Source: an uncultured Methanosarcinaceae archaeon
GTDB taxonomy: Archaea > Halobacteriota > Methanosarcinia > Methanosarcinales > Methanosarcinaceae
Assembly: GCA_963727895.1 (NCBI GenBank)
Contig: CAVSHT010000004.1
Location: forward strand, 1 to 64,000
Direction: 5' to 3'
Length of the DNA: 64,000 nucleotides
Part shown: positions 61,059-64,000 of the stretch, in pieces
How positions within the stretch are numbered: position 1 is the first letter of the stretch
Layout: every line of letters starts with the position of its first letter
Made by a program: the position numbers and the translations under genes
Notes under the pieces: model-generated
What the model was told of the DNA's origin: nothing
The model's database searches: none
Seen by the model: the letters and a program-made list of their open reading frames with translations, nothing else

Positions 61059-61970
61059 TTATTCTACTACAGTTGCGCATGCAAAGTGTCCATGTTTAGA
61101 TGCATGATATCCATCTGAACGCCTTTGGAAATAACGTTTTTCAATGGCGAGTGAGTTTAAATCCTCATAAAGTTTCAATTTTAAACTTATCAGATTGTCT
61201 GCCAATGTCAATGGGTTAAAGCCTGTTATCATTGGTTCTCCTATTTTTTGTAAAAACTCTTGTTTCCTTTTCATTTCTGTAGATAGATTATTCTGATTAA
61301 ATGCGTCATTATCTAAGTAATCAAAAACAACAGTGCTGCCTATTGGAGCAACATTTGTGATTGAATGAAGAGTAGAAAACACCTCATCAGGGGTCAAGTA
61401 CATGGTGACACCTAGCCAACTAAAAAAGGTTTTAGCTCTTGTGTCATACGATGATGAACGAGTTAGTACTGATTTTAGGTCTTCTTTTGTGAAATCAATA
61501 GAAATGAAATTCAATTTTGCAGGATGTTTCCATCCCAACTTAGCAATTCGATGAAGTTTAAATTCTTGTGTAGCAGGGTGATCAACTTCAAACACTTCTA
61601 ATTGTTCCATTAATTCTGGTCTCCGAAATGCAAAAGTGTCTAATCCTGCTCCAAGGATTACATACTGCTTAACTCCTTGACTAATAGCTTTCTCTAATGT
61701 GTCTTCAGTGTATTTTGCGCGGCTGAGAATATTAGGTGAACGAATTAAGGATACTAAGGTAGTTTTCGGGTCAGACTTTTGTTCGTTATGCTTGAAATTG
61801 TCGATCTGTTTAGCTTGAATCAAAATATTTTCAATACGTGCTCGTTTTTCTTCAGGAATTAAACTATAAGCTAGGAAATCATCAAATATTTTAGGAGTAT
61901 CATTCATGGAGTGATAAGCACGCGTGTAGGCTGTAATCATCGCAGTAAAACTAGGGTCTTTTTCTTTCAT
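61059..61970 (-). CDS. class I SAM-dependent methyltransferase (leucine carboxyl methyltransferase-like)
   Basis: QYVILGAGLDTFAFR, VFEVDHPATQ, WLGVTMYL. Confidence 0.93.
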   Translation of the reverse strand: MKEKDPSFTAMITAYTRAYHSMNDTPKIFDDFLAYSLIPEEKRARIENILIQAKQIDNFKHNEQKSDPKTTLVSLIRSPNILSRAKYTEDTLEKAISQGVKQYVILGAGLDTFAFRRPELMEQLEVFEVDHPATQEFKLHRIAKLGWKHPAKLNFISIDFTKEDLKSVLTRSSSYDTRAKTFFSWLGVTMYLTPDEVFSTLHSITNVAPIGSTVVFDYLDNDAFNQNNLSTEMKRKQEFLQKIGEPMITGFNPLTLADNLISLKLKLYEDLNSLAIEKRYFQRRSDGYHASKHGHFACATVVE

Positions 61971-62391
61971 TATATTTTACAGGAGGCAAGTGAGTTTAAA
62001 TATTTGTATATTGGACCGTATCTCATTAAATCTAGTATTTTTAAGAGAAAACTACTGAATTTTTAAAAGTGATAAGTTCTTTTTGTGGAATTAAAAGATA
62101 ACCTAGTTTTGCCTATGTTTTTGTCTACTCAACTGTTACATACACTATAAGAATACATGGTATTTGACCGATTAGTAGATCCTTCAATGGCTAAAAAGGA
62201 TAAGAAAAGCATAGCTATTATACAATACACAAATATAAAATGTGTTTACTTAAAATTTACACAATTGTCTTAACAATTTAAAAATTAGGTTCTCCTAACT
62301 ATTTTAAGATTTGTATTAATTCATACTTTTACCGATTTCAAAAGATTACAGTTCGAAAACATTACATACTCCTTTTTACATTTTTGTTTTC

Positions 62392-62871
62392 ATGGTCGAG
62401 GATAAAAAGAGAACAGGTGTAAAGGTCTGTGGTTGGATCTCGGATGACGTGTTCTCCAAGTTGCAAGAACTAGGGTACAATAGCCACACAGTAATTGTAA
62501 GAAAAGGTGCAGAATTGCTTATTGGGCAACCCATTGGAGACCGAGGAGAACTTTTAGAGGGAACAGTAAGATACCCAATGTTCTCTCATAATTCCAAGTT
62601 AAAGAACAACAGAGAACAAACAGGGAACACAAAAGAACAGCTTGAACTAAGTAGAGAACGAGAGGGAACAATAAAAGAACTAAGGGCACAAAACGGAGAA
62701 CAGAGAGAACATATAGAAACCCTCAAAACAGAACTTGAAAAAGCTCATCAGGATAAGGATGATATCAAAAATCTTTATGATAATTACATGAGGCAAATGC
62801 AGACTCTTATTCAGCAGAAGGCAATTAAAGCACCTGGAGACGAAAGTAAAAAATGGTGGAAGTTTTGGTAG
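62392..62871 (+). CDS. plasmid-type protein: RHH-like N-terminus, coiled coil, C-terminal KKWWKFW
   Basis: Intact ORF; paralogue at 30709..31134. Confidence 0.8.
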   Translation: MVEDKKRTGVKVCGWISDDVFSKLQELGYNSHTVIVRKGAELLIGQPIGDRGELLEGTVRYPMFSHNSKLKNNREQTGNTKEQLELSREREGTIKELRAQNGEQREHIETLKTELEKAHQDKDDIKNLYDNYMRQMQTLIQQKAIKAPGDESKKWWKFW

Positions 62872-63114
62872 TCTTGGAAAGTGTAGGTTGAAATTGATAT
62901 AAAACATAGTTATAAAAGAAAAGAGAACATCGAGGGGATAAACTTCTCTTTTCTAGGGATTTCTCTTTTCTAGAAAGAACTGTTGTAGACATAATAGTTT
63001 AAAAAACCTTTGAGACTGTGAATTATATTACCAAGAAACTCTATAAATTCAAAAGATGGATAAAAAACTGGAAGGTCAAAAGCCTATTACTAAGGATCAA
63101 TTTGCTGTTATAAT

Positions 63115-63210
63115 AATTACAGGAAGCTCTCTCCCAAAAGCCCCCTGCATATCCACAAAAATGGAGGTATATTTCGCAATCTAAATACAACATACTGTTC
63201 TATAAAAATT
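63115..63210 (-). ncRNA. candidate small RNA / conserved hairpin (copy 2)
   Basis: Homologous to 34100-34195; the stem change A-U to G-U keeps pairing on the minus strand. Confidence 0.4.
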
Positions 63211-63359
63211 ACAGAAAAAACTCTTCTGAACAGTATTCCTATATAAAATAAAAGAAAGAGTTGGAACTGAAAGGTTCAGTAACTTCTCGTTCATTAGAAA
63301 TAATAAACTCCCCACTCTCAATTTTTGACATTCAATATTTTTCAATCTAATCTGTTAAT

Positions 63360-64000
63360 TTACTTTACTGTAATAGTCATAGTTTTGGCATTACTTCCAG
63401 CAGCGTTCTTCACTGTCAGTTTAACAGTATACTTTCCTGCTTTAGTATACTTGTGCGCTGGATCTGACTGCTGAAGTGCTTTTGTCACCGAAGTTCCAAG
63501 ACCATGACGTTGGTGAGCCTGTGCTCTTATCAGTAAACTTTACATTCAAAGGATGTTTTCCAGTAGTTGGAGATGCAGAAAATTTAGCAAGCGGTGAGTA
63601 GATAAGAGTACCCATGTAAATATCAGACCCGCTATTGCGCCCATCAACCCATACTATCCTATTGCCGTTGATTTTAGGAGAAGAAGCGGATTTACTGGTT
63701 GAGATTTGAGTGTCCGTTTTAGTGGAGATATCATACATCCGGATTTCACTTTCTTCAGTGATACGGTCGACATACGTGTATATTACCTTCTCGGCGTAGA
63801 TAGCAGGCTCTGTCGATATATCTGAAGGAAGAATGTGAGTCCATGTGTCAGTAGATAAATCATACATGGCAATATTATCGGCGTCAGTTACATAAACTAC
63901 CCTGCTACCGTAGATTGCAGGATCAAATGTATATTCAAAATCAAGCAGTTTTTCCTTGTGAGTAGAGAGGTTATATAGGCCGATATAGGAATACCCATTG
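63360..64000 (-). pseudogene. cell-surface protein (methanogen beta-propeller repeats + PKD), frameshift near 63465; 5' part lies outside the window
   Basis: PAIYGSRVV, PKINGNRIVWVDGRNSGSDIY, WSWNFGDK; the PKD tail HKYTKAGKYTVKLTV continues in another frame to a stop at 63360. Confidence 0.85.

Overview
AT-rich, heavily eroded accessory region that looks like Methanosarcina (Methanosarcinales archaeon). The clues are PKD/beta-propeller surface proteins, disaggregatase-like beta-helix proteins, a presenilin-type protease and Methanosarcina-type IS elements. The taxon is inferred, and I cannot tell whether this is plasmid or chromosome. The window is a mosaic of integrated plasmid/virus-like remnants: two diverged copies of a backbone module plus a third fragment, a decayed VirB4-type conjugation cluster, and 'WWKFW' coiled-coil genes. 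These are shredded by about seven IS6, five IS1, two IS21, two IS110 and one IS5 elements or remnants, plus many MITE families. Cargo genes include katG (GC-rich), a CDF transporter, DedA, SdpI, Hsp20, presenilin, SIMPL and a methyltransferase. No rRNA, tRNA or CRISPR array was seen. Best leads: (1) in both backbone copies, an unannotated 28-codon leader ORF coupled to a ~234-aa gene, overlapped by an opposite-strand TATA box and two hairpins, suggesting antisense-RNA/leader-peptide control in an archaeon; (2) IS110 elements inserted at a TTTAG core inside IS1 and IS6, with structured non-coding ends resembling bridge RNAs; (3) a 150-bp IS6 MITE whose TSD geometry records a replicative inversion; (4) a MITE-like insertion read in-frame inside the presenilin gene; (5) unusual repeat proteins.
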